From: Alphaproteobacteria bacterium
GTDB lineage: Bacteria; Pseudomonadota; Alphaproteobacteria; UBA828
Assembly: GCA_963422645.2 (NCBI GenBank)
Contig: CAXXVO010000015.1
Span: 1-64,000, forward strand
Direction of reading: 5' to 3'
Length of the DNA stretch: 64,000 nt
The first letter of the stretch is position 1. Each line of letters opens with the position of its first letter. Position numbers and translations under genes: made by a program. Below are positions 21,194 through 31,067 of this stretch, piece after piece. The notes beneath the pieces are model-generated. The model searched no databases. It was given only the letters and a program-made list of their open reading frames with translations, and had not been told where the DNA came from.

Positions 21194-22156
21194 ATGTATC
21201 TCCTGGCCAATGACCGTTCGATCCACGAGCAATTCCACGATTTGGCGTCCTTTCGCGAAGCGCTTGCGCGGCTGATGGCCATGCGGGCCGCCGCCTGGCG
21301 CTTCGGACGGGAAGTGTATTGCCATCGTGAGTTCCTGACCGCCATCCCGATGCCGGGCGTGCCGATGCAGCAGGCGATCGGGCGCCTGTCCGTCGAGAGC
21401 GAGCGCCGCGCCGTGATGGGATGGCTGACCCGCACCGGCCCGTTCTGGGACGATCTGCCCCGGCATGGCGATAACGACTGGCTGGAATGCGATGGCGAGA
21501 TCGTGACGGACACCGCGGTCGGCGAAGCCGCGTTTCGAACGTTGCATGGCGCGGATTGCGGGCTGGTCAGTGTCACGCCGTCCGATTGGGATTGCTCGCC
21601 TGTCGACGTGATCTGGCGTCGAGAGGCGGAAGGGCTGGACGACCGAACCGCCGCCCTTGAAAACTGGCGAAACGTCGAAACGCTGGAAAGCGGGCTTCAG
21701 GACAAGGCGGCTCCGATCCGGTCATGGGACGATTTGCGTAAGGCTTCCTCGATCCGGTTCGCACACCTGACCTTTGCGGGGGGCTGCTTCGCGCCGCTCG
21801 AAGGGGTTCCGTTCGCCAGGAGCGCGGCGGACCGGTTTATCGTGCTGCTCGACATCCTGGACCGGTTCGCTCGCGCCTTCGACGAAGCTGGCGCGCGCAC
21901 GGTGGAAGGCCAACGGATTTACCAGGACCATTTCACAGGCGACAGTGCGCTGTTCTCCGACTCGTCGGACTCGGAGAAGCGCAATTTCGGCAAGGCACTG
22001 ACATTCCCCCATCCGAACGATCCAGGAAGCTCTCTGTTCTGTACTTGGCACGGCAAGGTGCGGCATATGACGCTCCGCCTCCATTTCTCCTGGCCCATCG
22101 CGGCGAGGAAGCCGGTCCATGTTGTGTACGCCGGCCCGAAGATCACCAAGCGTTGA
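21194..22156 (+). CDS. hypothetical protein (320 aa), third gene of the Menshen-like trio, possible nuclease effector
   Basis: Starts 1 nt after ATPase stop; C-terminal WHGK..LRLHF..VVYAGPK resembles RelE-like folds (inference). Confidence 0.7.
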   Translation: MYLLANDRSIHEQFHDLASFREALARLMAMRAAAWRFGREVYCHREFLTAIPMPGVPMQQAIGRLSVESERRAVMGWLTRTGPFWDDLPRHGDNDWLECDGEIVTDTAVGEAAFRTLHGADCGLVSVTPSDWDCSPVDVIWRREAEGLDDRTAALENWRNVETLESGLQDKAAPIRSWDDLRKASSIRFAHLTFAGGCFAPLEGVPFARSAADRFIVLLDILDRFARAFDEAGARTVEGQRIYQDHFTGDSALFSDSSDSEKRNFGKALTFPHPNDPGSSLFCTWHGKVRHMTLRLHFSWPIAARKPVHVVYAGPKITKR

Positions 22157-22341
22157 AGCGACGGTGGCGAACGCGGAAGGCGCAACCTGTCAGACACACG
22201 CCTGATATCGTCGAGCCATGTCCGATATTGTCGGCACAAGAAGAATAGTTGCGACATTTGCCGTATCGCAACTCCGGCTATCGGTGGTCGCGCCGGACTG
22301 GCCGTGTATCCTGTCCATGCGGCCAAGCGGAGATCGAGTGA

Positions 22342-23463
22342 ATGACAGATATGCAGCGTTTCGATCGACTTTCCATTCGCCGTTTTCGCGGCCTTGCCGG
22401 ACTCGAACTCAAGGATATCGGGCCGTTCAATGTTCTCCTGGGCGCGAACGATGTCGGAAAAACCTCCGTTCTCGAATCGATCTTCCTGCTTTCCGGGTCT
22501 GCAGCCCCTGGGCTCGCCATGAGGGTACAGAACTTTCGTAACTTCCTTGTTCGGGACCACAACGATCTGTCGTCACTTTTTCACGGACTTGATCTCCGGG
22601 AACCGATAGAATTTACCACTTTTTCCGGCGATGTCTGCCGCAGACTGAAAATATCGGAGGAATGGGACGAAACGACAATAGATACGCAGACAGTACCCCC
22701 GGACGGGGATGCAACTGCCGTTTCTCTTTCGAGGGGAAAAGCACCCCAGAGTGACCAGTTCTCCATGTCGTTTCCATCCCGGTTCCGGACTTTGCAGTTC
22801 GAGACAAACGTGGAATCTGATGGCAAAATAATTTGGTCATGCACCGTCAGGGCAAAAGTTCAGAACGGCGAAATGAGATCTGCCGCTCTTACAGAAGACG
22901 CGGAAGCGTACATGATTCCCTCAGTTTTTCTTCAGCCTGGCAACCCATATGAAGCAGGCCTGATCGCCAACACGATTGTGGACAAGAAGAGCGACAGGTT
23001 GATCGAATATCTTCAGGCCGTGAATTCCCGCATTACCGATGTCGCAGTTAGCGGAAACATTGCCTATCTGGATGTCGGATTGAACAGCATGTTGCCGCTG
23101 AACATGTTTGGCGGCGGCATGGTCCGGGCCATGTCCATTCTTTCTTCATGTATTGCCGGCGGTCAGCGCATCATGTTGATCGACGAGATCGAGGACGGGC
23201 TTCACCATAGCGCTGTTGCTTCGCTCCTGCGTACGCTGTTTGCGCTGTCTCGCAAGGAAGGCATCCAGTTTTTCGTTACCACGCACAGCGTGGAGTTTCT
23301 TGGCAATCTGCGGCGCGTTCTTCTGGAGGAAGCCTTCGCCGATTACCGGGAGGACGTCAATTGCTACGCGCTCCAACGGAACAAGGCCGGCCGCGTGCGC
23401 GCATACAGATATGCGTATGATCAGTTCGACCATTGTATCGCGCAAGGGCTGGAGATCCGATGA
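22342..23463 (+). CDS. AAA_15/AAA_21-type ABC ATPase
   Basis: FRGL, GANDVGKT, FGGGM signature, LIDEIEDGLH, TTHS. Confidence 0.9.
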   Translation: MTDMQRFDRLSIRRFRGLAGLELKDIGPFNVLLGANDVGKTSVLESIFLLSGSAAPGLAMRVQNFRNFLVRDHNDLSSLFHGLDLREPIEFTTFSGDVCRRLKISEEWDETTIDTQTVPPDGDATAVSLSRGKAPQSDQFSMSFPSRFRTLQFETNVESDGKIIWSCTVRAKVQNGEMRSAALTEDAEAYMIPSVFLQPGNPYEAGLIANTIVDKKSDRLIEYLQAVNSRITDVAVSGNIAYLDVGLNSMLPLNMFGGGMVRAMSILSSCIAGGQRIMLIDEIEDGLHHSAVASLLRTLFALSRKEGIQFFVTTHSVEFLGNLRRVLLEEAFADYREDVNCYALQRNKAGRVRAYRYAYDQFDHCIAQGLEIR

Positions 23464-23629
23464 TGGGCGGCGCCCAGTCGGATATCTCATGGACGGTGTT
23501 TGTCGAGGGAAAGGGCGACAAAACAGTCATGGTCCCCGCGGTTCTGAGCCACCCCGTGGCATGAAACAGGAGCGGTTCGGCTGACGTTTTCCTTGCGCTT
23601 GCACCCATTTGCCGTGTCAGGATGGGTAT

Positions 23630-23815
23630 TGGCGGAGGTGGGGACGTGTGAGCGTCGTTATATCGGTGACGTAGTTCCCGATGACAAAACTGCTTCCGGC
23701 GGCCGGCTCCGCACCCCGTATTGTACCCGGCCCGTGGCCGTGGACGCGCGGCAAATTGCACCGCACCCGCTCGTCGGATGCGTGTTCTTCCGACCGCTGT
23801 CCCCGCCTCCACCGT
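23630..23815 (+). ncRNA. candidate bridge RNA of IS110-X (also in the three tandem copies)
   Basis: Closing stem ggaggtggggac (23634-23645)/gtccccgcctcc (23799-23810) encloses GACAAAA (23683-23689, target-like) and cgCGGCAAA (23747-23755, donor-like). Confidence 0.6.
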
Positions 23816-23843
23816 GGCGAGAGCGCAAATGAGGAGGAAGGCG

Positions 23844-25094
23844 ATGAAGACGGAAGGCTTGCACGTCGTCCGGCCGCGCGCGGCGGGTCTGGACGTGCAC
23901 AAGATGGAGATCACCGCGACGGTTCGCCTCTGTGAGGGCGAGGGTGAGCCGGTGGTGGAGACGCGCTGCTTCGGCACGCTGCCGAGCGGTCTGGAGGAGA
24001 TGGTCGCGTGGCTGACCGGTCACGGCGTCGAGGCTGCGGTGATGGAAGGGACCGGGGTCTACTGGCAGGCGCCCTTCGCGGCCCTGGAGGCGGCCGGGCT
24101 CGAGGCGATCCTGGTGCATGCGCGTCAGGTGAAGCAGTTGAAGGGGCGCAAGACCGACGTGGCGGACAGCGTGTGGCTGGCCTGCGTGTGCCAGTTCGGG
24201 CTCTGCACGCCTTCCCACGTTCCGCCTGAGCCGTTCCGGGAGCTGCGCGCACTGAGCCGCCAGCGCCGCGTCCTGGTCAGGCAGCGCTCCGCCGTGCGCA
24301 ACCGCGTGCAGAAGATCATCGACCGCGCCGGTGCGCGCATCGGCGGCATCCTCTCCGACGTCTTCGGCGTCAACGGCCGGAAGATCCTCGACGGCCTGGC
24401 GCAGGGGACGGCGCGCGAGGTCATCCTCGCCTCGCTCACCAGCCACGTTGCGAACAAGCTGGAGGGGCTCGGCGAGGCGCTCACCCTGAGCCTGGGCGAC
24501 AACGACCGCTTCATGCTCAACGACCTGCTGGAGGAGCATGACGCGCTTGAGGCGCGCATCGCGTCCTACACCAGGAAGATCGACGGGCAGATGACACCGT
24601 GGGAGGAGCAGCTCCGTCTGCTGACCACCATCCCCGGCATCGACCGCACCGCCGCCTCGACCATCCTCATCGAGATCGGCCCCGACATCGGCGTGTTCGC
24701 CTCCAAGGAGCACTTCGCCGCCTGGGCCGGGCTCTGCCCCGGCAACAACGAGAGCGGGGGCAAGCGCCGCAACGCACGCACCCGCATGGGCTCCAAGACC
24801 CTGCGCGCCTGCCTCGTCGAGTGTGCCCACGGCGCGGCCCGAACCAAGGGGTGCCAGTTCGAGGCTCATCACCGCGCCCTCGCCGCCCGGCGCGGCTACA
24901 AGCGCGCCATCGTCGCCGGCGCTCACAAGATGCTGCGCATCATCTATGTGGTGCTCAAGACCGGCAGGCCCTACTACGACCGCACGGCCGACTACGACGC
25001 TCTGATGGTCAAGCGCAACGCTCCTCGGTGGATCCGCATGCTCCGCCGCTACGGCTACATCGAGCCCGTAGGCGCGGAACTCAAGGCCGCCTGA
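23844..25094 (+). CDS. IS110 DEDD recombinase (416 aa)
   Basis: GLDVHK, MEGTGVYW, RKTDVAD, IPGID, WAGLCPGNNESGG; gaggagg RBS. Confidence 0.95.
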   Translation: MKTEGLHVVRPRAAGLDVHKMEITATVRLCEGEGEPVVETRCFGTLPSGLEEMVAWLTGHGVEAAVMEGTGVYWQAPFAALEAAGLEAILVHARQVKQLKGRKTDVADSVWLACVCQFGLCTPSHVPPEPFRELRALSRQRRVLVRQRSAVRNRVQKIIDRAGARIGGILSDVFGVNGRKILDGLAQGTAREVILASLTSHVANKLEGLGEALTLSLGDNDRFMLNDLLEEHDALEARIASYTRKIDGQMTPWEEQLRLLTTIPGIDRTAASTILIEIGPDIGVFASKEHFAAWAGLCPGNNESGGKRRNARTRMGSKTLRACLVECAHGAARTKGCQFEAHHRALAARRGYKRAIVAGAHKMLRIIYVVLKTGRPYYDRTADYDALMVKRNAPRWIRMLRRYGYIEPVGAELKAA

Positions 25095-27531
25095 GCGGCC
25101 CGCATCTCGTCAGCCGGCTACGCGGGACCGCTTCGGACCACATCGGGGAAGTCCACCGCTCGTCTCCGCCGCGCCGACCCTGGCGGTCTCAGCCAACGCC
25201 GTGACCTCGGGGTTGGAGCGTCACCGCGCGTCCCTCGCCAGAATCTGTTTCACGGCAAAGATTTCTGAAATGTTTCCTGCGGCATATCGATCTGTCCGGC
25301 ATCGAGGTAGAATGCATCGGCGGCGGCGTGTCGGCTTTGCACAGCGTCAGCCCGCAAATTCGTAAAGCGCATGATTCGGGTCGGCGAATAGCGGTTATTC
25401 TGGACGCGGATTCGGATCTGGCGACGCGGCGCGAGGAATTCGACCGTATCAAGAGAAAGAACGGCTTGCCCGTCGAGCGCCTGTTTCTCGTCCCGAATGA
25501 CAAGGAACCCGGACATCTGGAGACATTGCTGGAGGCGGCGGCCGTGTCCGGGCATTGTACGATCTACGAGTGCCTCGACGCCTATGGGACATGTCTTCAA
25601 AAACGCTGCGGCTCATACATCGTTCCACAACCCAAGGGGCGCATCTACGCCTATTGCGAAGCGCTCCGAATCGAGCCTCGCGAGGTCGATCGACGCTATG
25701 ACGATACGTCATCCTGGAATCTCGACTCGCCCGCTCTGGAGCCGCTCGGAAATTTTCTCGAGAGTCTTCGGATGTGAGGTCGGCGATGATGGCTGGTGGC
25801 CTGCGGCCGGTGGCCAGCAAGCAATGAATGTAATCCCGTGACCGCCGGCCGCAGAACATTGGAGAGCGGATGTCCGACACTCGGCTGATCGAGGACTGGC
25901 TGCCGATTGCGGCGCTCGGCGTGGAGAGCGTGAGGGAACGGACTCCGATGACCCCATTCCCCGCGCCGAACCGGCTTCATGTCTGGTGGGCGCGTCGGCC
26001 GCTGGTGGCGTCGCGCGCGGCGGTGCTGGCCTCGCTGCTGCCGGCGGACGCCGACCGCGAGAAATTCATGCATGTGCTCGGCATTCACGGGGACCCGGTC
26101 GCCGCGAAAAAGCGGATTGCTATTGCAACACGGAAAGGGGAGCGGCTGGGAGCGGGTGCCTACGGCTATCCGCGTGCATTCGGCTATACGCCGGACAATC
26201 CAGACCGGGATTGGCTGATCGTAAATTCGATCAACGGAGCCACTGTTCTCGATCCGACGGCCGGTGGCGGCAGCATACCGTTCGAGACCGTTCGTCTCGG
26301 GCTCGAAGCGGTGGCCAACGACCTGAATCCGGTAGCGGTACTGATCGAGCGCGCGACACTTGAATGGCCTGCCAGAGACGGTATTGCTGTCAGGAACGTC
26401 CTCGCACAACTCGGAGCCGAGTTCACAACGACAGTCCGCGAACGCCTTTCCGATGTTTTCCCGGATGAACCCGGAGATCATATCCGGCCTGACGGCTACC
26501 TCTGGGCGCGGACGGTTGTTTGCCCTTATTGCGACGGGCTGGCGCCGCTTTCGCCGAACTGGCGTCTCGCGCCGGACGGGACCGGGGTGCGGTTGAAGCC
26601 CGATCTCGCTTCGGGGCCGGGTTCAGAAGGTCGGACCTGTTCTTTCGAAATCGTGGAGACCGCGCGCGAGCACTCGCCGGGCACGGTGGCGCGGGGCGCC
26701 GGGGCCTGCCCCTATCCGGATTGCGGGCGGGTCATCGACGGTGCGGAGATCAAGCGCCAGGCCCAGGCCGGCGACATGGGCGAACAGCTCTACGCCGTGG
26801 TGTACAAGAGGCGTATGCCGGGGAAGGTTCTGAAATCCGGCAAACGGGGAAAGGACAAATGGGTTCGCGGCTATCGCGCGCCTCGGCCCGAGGACGACAA
26901 CGGCGCCGAGATCGCTGCGCGGCTCGCCGAGAAGCTCCCCGAGTGGGAGGCGTTCGACATCGTGCCGTCGGAGAAGATTCCCGACGGCAACAAAACCACG
27001 GAGCCCCAGCGTTACGGAATGCCGCTCTGGCGCGACCTGTTCTCGCCGCGCCAGCTTCTCTGCCACGGCACATCGGTCGAAATCTTTCGCGAGATGCTGG
27101 AGGCGGATCGGGCAAGCGGGCAGGCTGACCGAGCTTCGCAAGGCGGCGTATGGCTATCTCGCGCTCTCCCTGGACAAAACAGTCATGGTCCCCGCGGTTC
27201 TGAGCCACCCCGTGGCATGAAACAGGAGCGGTTCGGCTGACGTTTTCCTTGCGCTTGCACCCATTTGCCGTGTCAGGATGGGTATTGGCGGAGGTGGGGA
27301 CGTGTGAGCGTCGTTATATCGGTGACGTAGTTCCCGATGACAAAACTGCTTCCGGCGGCCGGCTCCGCACCCCGTATTGTACCCGGCCCGTGGCCGTGGA
27401 CGCGCGGCAAATTGCACCGCACCCGCTCGTCGGATGCGTGTTCTTCCGACCGCTGTCCCCGCCTCCACCGTGGCGATGCCACGGCGTGATCGTACGCCGC
27501 CGTGGCGAGAGCGCAAATGAGGAGGAAGGCG

Positions 27532-28782
27532 ATGAAGACGGAAGGCTTGCACGTCGTCCGGCCGCGCGCGGCGGGTCTGGACGTGCACAAGATGGAGATC
27601 ACCGCGACGGTTCGCCTCTGTGAGGGCGAGGGTGAGCCGGTGGTGGAGACGCGCTGCTTCGGCACGCTGCCGAGCGGTCTGGAGGAGATGGTCGCGTGGC
27701 TGACCGGTCACGGCGTCGAGGCTGCGGTGATGGAAGGGACCGGGGTCTACTGGCAGGCGCCCTTCGCGGCCCTGGAGGCGGCCGGGCTCGAGGCGATCCT
27801 GGTGCATGCGCGTCAGGTGAAGCAGTTGAAGGGGCGCAAGACCGACGTGGCGGACAGCGTGTGGCTGGCCTGCGTGTGCCAGTTCGGGCTCTGCACGCCT
27901 TCCCACGTTCCGCCTGAGCCGTTCCGGGAGCTGCGCGCACTGAGCCGCCAGCGCCGCGTCCTGGTCAGGCAGCGCTCCGCCGTGCGCAACCGCGTGCAGA
28001 AGATCATCGACCGCGCCGGTGCGCGCATCGGCGGCATCCTCTCCGACGTCTTCGGCGTCAACGGCCGGAAGATCCTCGACGGCCTGGCGCAGGGGACGGC
28101 GCGCGAGGTCATCCTCGCCTCGCTCACCAGCCACGTTGCGAACAAGCTGGAGGGGCTCGGCGAGGCGCTCACCCTGAGCCTGGGCGACAACGACCGCTTC
28201 ATGCTCAACGACCTGCTGGAGGAGCATGACGCGCTTGAGGCGCGCATCGCGTCCTACACCAGGAAGATCGACGGGCAGATGACACCGTGGGAGGAGCAGC
28301 TCCGTCTGCTGACCACCATCCCCGGCATCGACCGCACCGCCGCCTCGACCATCCTCATCGAGATCGGCCCCGACATCGGCGTGTTCGCCTCCAAGGAGCA
28401 CTTCGCCGCCTGGGCCGGGCTCTGCCCCGGCAACAACGAGAGCGGGGGCAAGCGCCGCAACGCACGCACCCGCATGGGCTCCAAGACCCTGCGCGCCTGC
28501 CTCGTCGAGTGTGCCCACGGCGCGGCCCGAACCAAGGGGTGCCAGTTCGAGGCTCATCACCGCGCCCTCGCCGCCCGGCGCGGCTACAAGCGCGCCATCG
28601 TCGCCGGCGCTCACAAGATGCTGCGCATCATCTATGTGGTGCTCAAGACCGGCAGGCCCTACTACGACCGCACGGCCGACTACGACGCTCTGATGGTCAA
28701 GCGCAACGCTCCTCGGTGGATCCGCATGCTCCGCCGCTACGGCTACATCGAGCCCGTAGGCGCGGAACTCAAGGCCGCCTGA
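27532..28782 (+). CDS. IS110 DEDD recombinase
   Basis: Same protein as 23844-25094. Confidence 0.95.
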   Translation: MKTEGLHVVRPRAAGLDVHKMEITATVRLCEGEGEPVVETRCFGTLPSGLEEMVAWLTGHGVEAAVMEGTGVYWQAPFAALEAAGLEAILVHARQVKQLKGRKTDVADSVWLACVCQFGLCTPSHVPPEPFRELRALSRQRRVLVRQRSAVRNRVQKIIDRAGARIGGILSDVFGVNGRKILDGLAQGTAREVILASLTSHVANKLEGLGEALTLSLGDNDRFMLNDLLEEHDALEARIASYTRKIDGQMTPWEEQLRLLTTIPGIDRTAASTILIEIGPDIGVFASKEHFAAWAGLCPGNNESGGKRRNARTRMGSKTLRACLVECAHGAARTKGCQFEAHHRALAARRGYKRAIVAGAHKMLRIIYVVLKTGRPYYDRTADYDALMVKRNAPRWIRMLRRYGYIEPVGAELKAA

Positions 28783-29299
28783 GCGGCCCGCATCTCGTCA
28801 GCCGGCTACGCGGGACCGCTTCGGACCACATCGGGGAAGTCCACCGCTCGTCTCCGCCGCGCCGACCCTGGCGGTCTCAGCCAACGCCGTGACCTCGGGG
28901 TTGGAGCGTCACCGCGCGTCCCTCGCCAGAATCTGTTTCACGGCAAACAGTCATGGTCCCCGCGGTTCTGAGCCACCCCGTGGCATGAAACAGGAGCGGT
29001 TCGGCTGACGTTTTCCTTGCGCTTGCACCCATTTGCCGTGTCAGGATGGGTATTGGCGGAGGTGGGGACGTGTGAGCGTCGTTATATCGGTGACGTAGTT
29101 CCCGATGACAAAACTGCTTCCGGCGGCCGGCTCCGCACCCCGTATTGTACCCGGCCCGTGGCCGTGGACGCGCGGCAAATTGCACCGCACCCGCTCGTCG
29201 GATGCGTGTTCTTCCGACCGCTGTCCCCGCCTCCACCGTGGCGATGCCACGGCGTGATCGTACGCCGCCGTGGCGAGAGCGCAAATGAGGAGGAAGGCG

Positions 29300-30550
29300 A
29301 TGAAGACGGAAGGCTTGCACGTCGTCCGGCCGCGCGCGGCGGGTCTGGACGTGCACAAGATGGAGATCACCGCGACGGTTCGCCTCTGTGAGGGCGAGGG
29401 TGAGCCGGTGGTGGAGACGCGCTGCTTCGGCACGCTGCCGAGCGGTCTGGAGGAGATGGTCGCGTGGCTGACCGGTCACGGCGTCGAGGCTGCGGTGATG
29501 GAAGGGACCGGGGTCTACTGGCAGGCGCCCTTCGCGGCCCTGGAGGCGGCCGGGCTCGAGGCGATCCTGGTGCATGCGCGTCAGGTGAAGCAGTTGAAGG
29601 GGCGCAAGACCGACGTGGCGGACAGCGTGTGGCTGGCCTGCGTGTGCCAGTTCGGGCTCTGCACGCCTTCCCACGTTCCGCCTGAGCCGTTCCGGGAGCT
29701 GCGCGCACTGAGCCGCCAGCGCCGCGTCCTGGTCAGGCAGCGCTCCGCCGTGCGCAACCGCGTGCAGAAGATCATCGACCGCGCCGGTGCGCGCATCGGC
29801 GGCATCCTCTCCGACGTCTTCGGCGTCAACGGCCGGAAGATCCTCGACGGCCTGGCGCAGGGGACGGCGCGCGAGGTCATCCTCGCCTCGCTCACCAGCC
29901 ACGTTGCGAACAAGCTGGAGGGGCTCGGCGAGGCGCTCACCCTGAGCCTGGGCGACAACGACCGCTTCATGCTCAACGACCTGCTGGAGGAGCATGACGC
30001 GCTTGAGGCGCGCATCGCGTCCTACACCAGGAAGATCGACGGGCAGATGACACCGTGGGAGGAGCAGCTCCGTCTGCTGACCACCATCCCCGGCATCGAC
30101 CGCACCGCCGCCTCGACCATCCTCATCGAGATCGGCCCCGACATCGGCGTGTTCGCCTCCAAGGAGCACTTCGCCGCCTGGGCCGGGCTCTGCCCCGGCA
30201 ACAACGAGAGCGGGGGCAAGCGCCGCAACGCACGCACCCGCATGGGCTCCAAGACCCTGCGCGCCTGCCTCGTCGAGTGTGCCCACGGCGCGGCCCGAAC
30301 CAAGGGGTGCCAGTTCGAGGCTCATCACCGCGCCCTCGCCGCCCGGCGCGGCTACAAGCGCGCCATCGTCGCCGGCGCTCACAAGATGCTGCGCATCATC
30401 TATGTGGTGCTCAAGACCGGCAGGCCCTACTACGACCGCACGGCCGACTACGACGCTCTGATGGTCAAGCGCAACGCTCCTCGGTGGATCCGCATGCTCC
30501 GCCGCTACGGCTACATCGAGCCCGTAGGCGCGGAACTCAAGGCCGCCTGA
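29300..30550 (+). CDS. IS110 DEDD recombinase
   Basis: Same protein as 23844-25094. Confidence 0.95.
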   Translation: MKTEGLHVVRPRAAGLDVHKMEITATVRLCEGEGEPVVETRCFGTLPSGLEEMVAWLTGHGVEAAVMEGTGVYWQAPFAALEAAGLEAILVHARQVKQLKGRKTDVADSVWLACVCQFGLCTPSHVPPEPFRELRALSRQRRVLVRQRSAVRNRVQKIIDRAGARIGGILSDVFGVNGRKILDGLAQGTAREVILASLTSHVANKLEGLGEALTLSLGDNDRFMLNDLLEEHDALEARIASYTRKIDGQMTPWEEQLRLLTTIPGIDRTAASTILIEIGPDIGVFASKEHFAAWAGLCPGNNESGGKRRNARTRMGSKTLRACLVECAHGAARTKGCQFEAHHRALAARRGYKRAIVAGAHKMLRIIYVVLKTGRPYYDRTADYDALMVKRNAPRWIRMLRRYGYIEPVGAELKAA

Positions 30551-31067
30551 GCGGCCCGCATCTCGTCAGCCGGCTACGCGGGACCGCTTCGGACCACATC
30601 GGGGAAGTCCACCGCTCGTCTCCGCCGCGCCGACCCTGGCGGTCTCAGCCAACGCCGTGACCTCGGGGTTGGAGCGTCACCGCGCGTCCCTCGCCAGAAT
30701 CTGTTTCACGGCAAACAGTCATGGTCCCCGCGGTTCTGAGCCACCCCGTGGCATGAAACAGGAGCGGTTCGGCTGACGTTTTCCTTGCGCTTGCACCCAT
30801 TTGCCGTGTCAGGATGGGTATTGGCGGAGGTGGGGACGTGTGAGCGTCGTTATATCGGTGACGTAGTTCCCGATGACAAAACTGCTTCCGGCGGCCGGCT
30901 CCGCACCCCGTATTGTACCCGGCCCGTGGCCGTGGACGCGCGGCAAATTGCACCGCACCCGCTCGTCGGATGCGTGTTCTTCCGACCGCTGTCCCCGCCT
31001 CCACCGTGGCGATGCCACGGCGTGATCGTACGCCGCCGTGGCGAGAGCGCAAATGAGGAGGAAGGCG

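Larger units (their letters stand above)
23523..25258 (+). mobile_element. IS110-family element 'X', single copy (1736 bp)
   Basis: Same as tandem copies except a 32-bp deletion; AA core at both junctions. Confidence 0.95.
23463..25777 (+). pseudogene. TOPRIM-like (DUF3226-type) protein interrupted by IS110
   Basis: Removing the IS restores MGGAQSDISWTVFVEGKGDKRFLKCFL...ILDADSD...GHLETLL; VEGxxD and DxD TOPRIM motifs. Confidence 0.85.
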
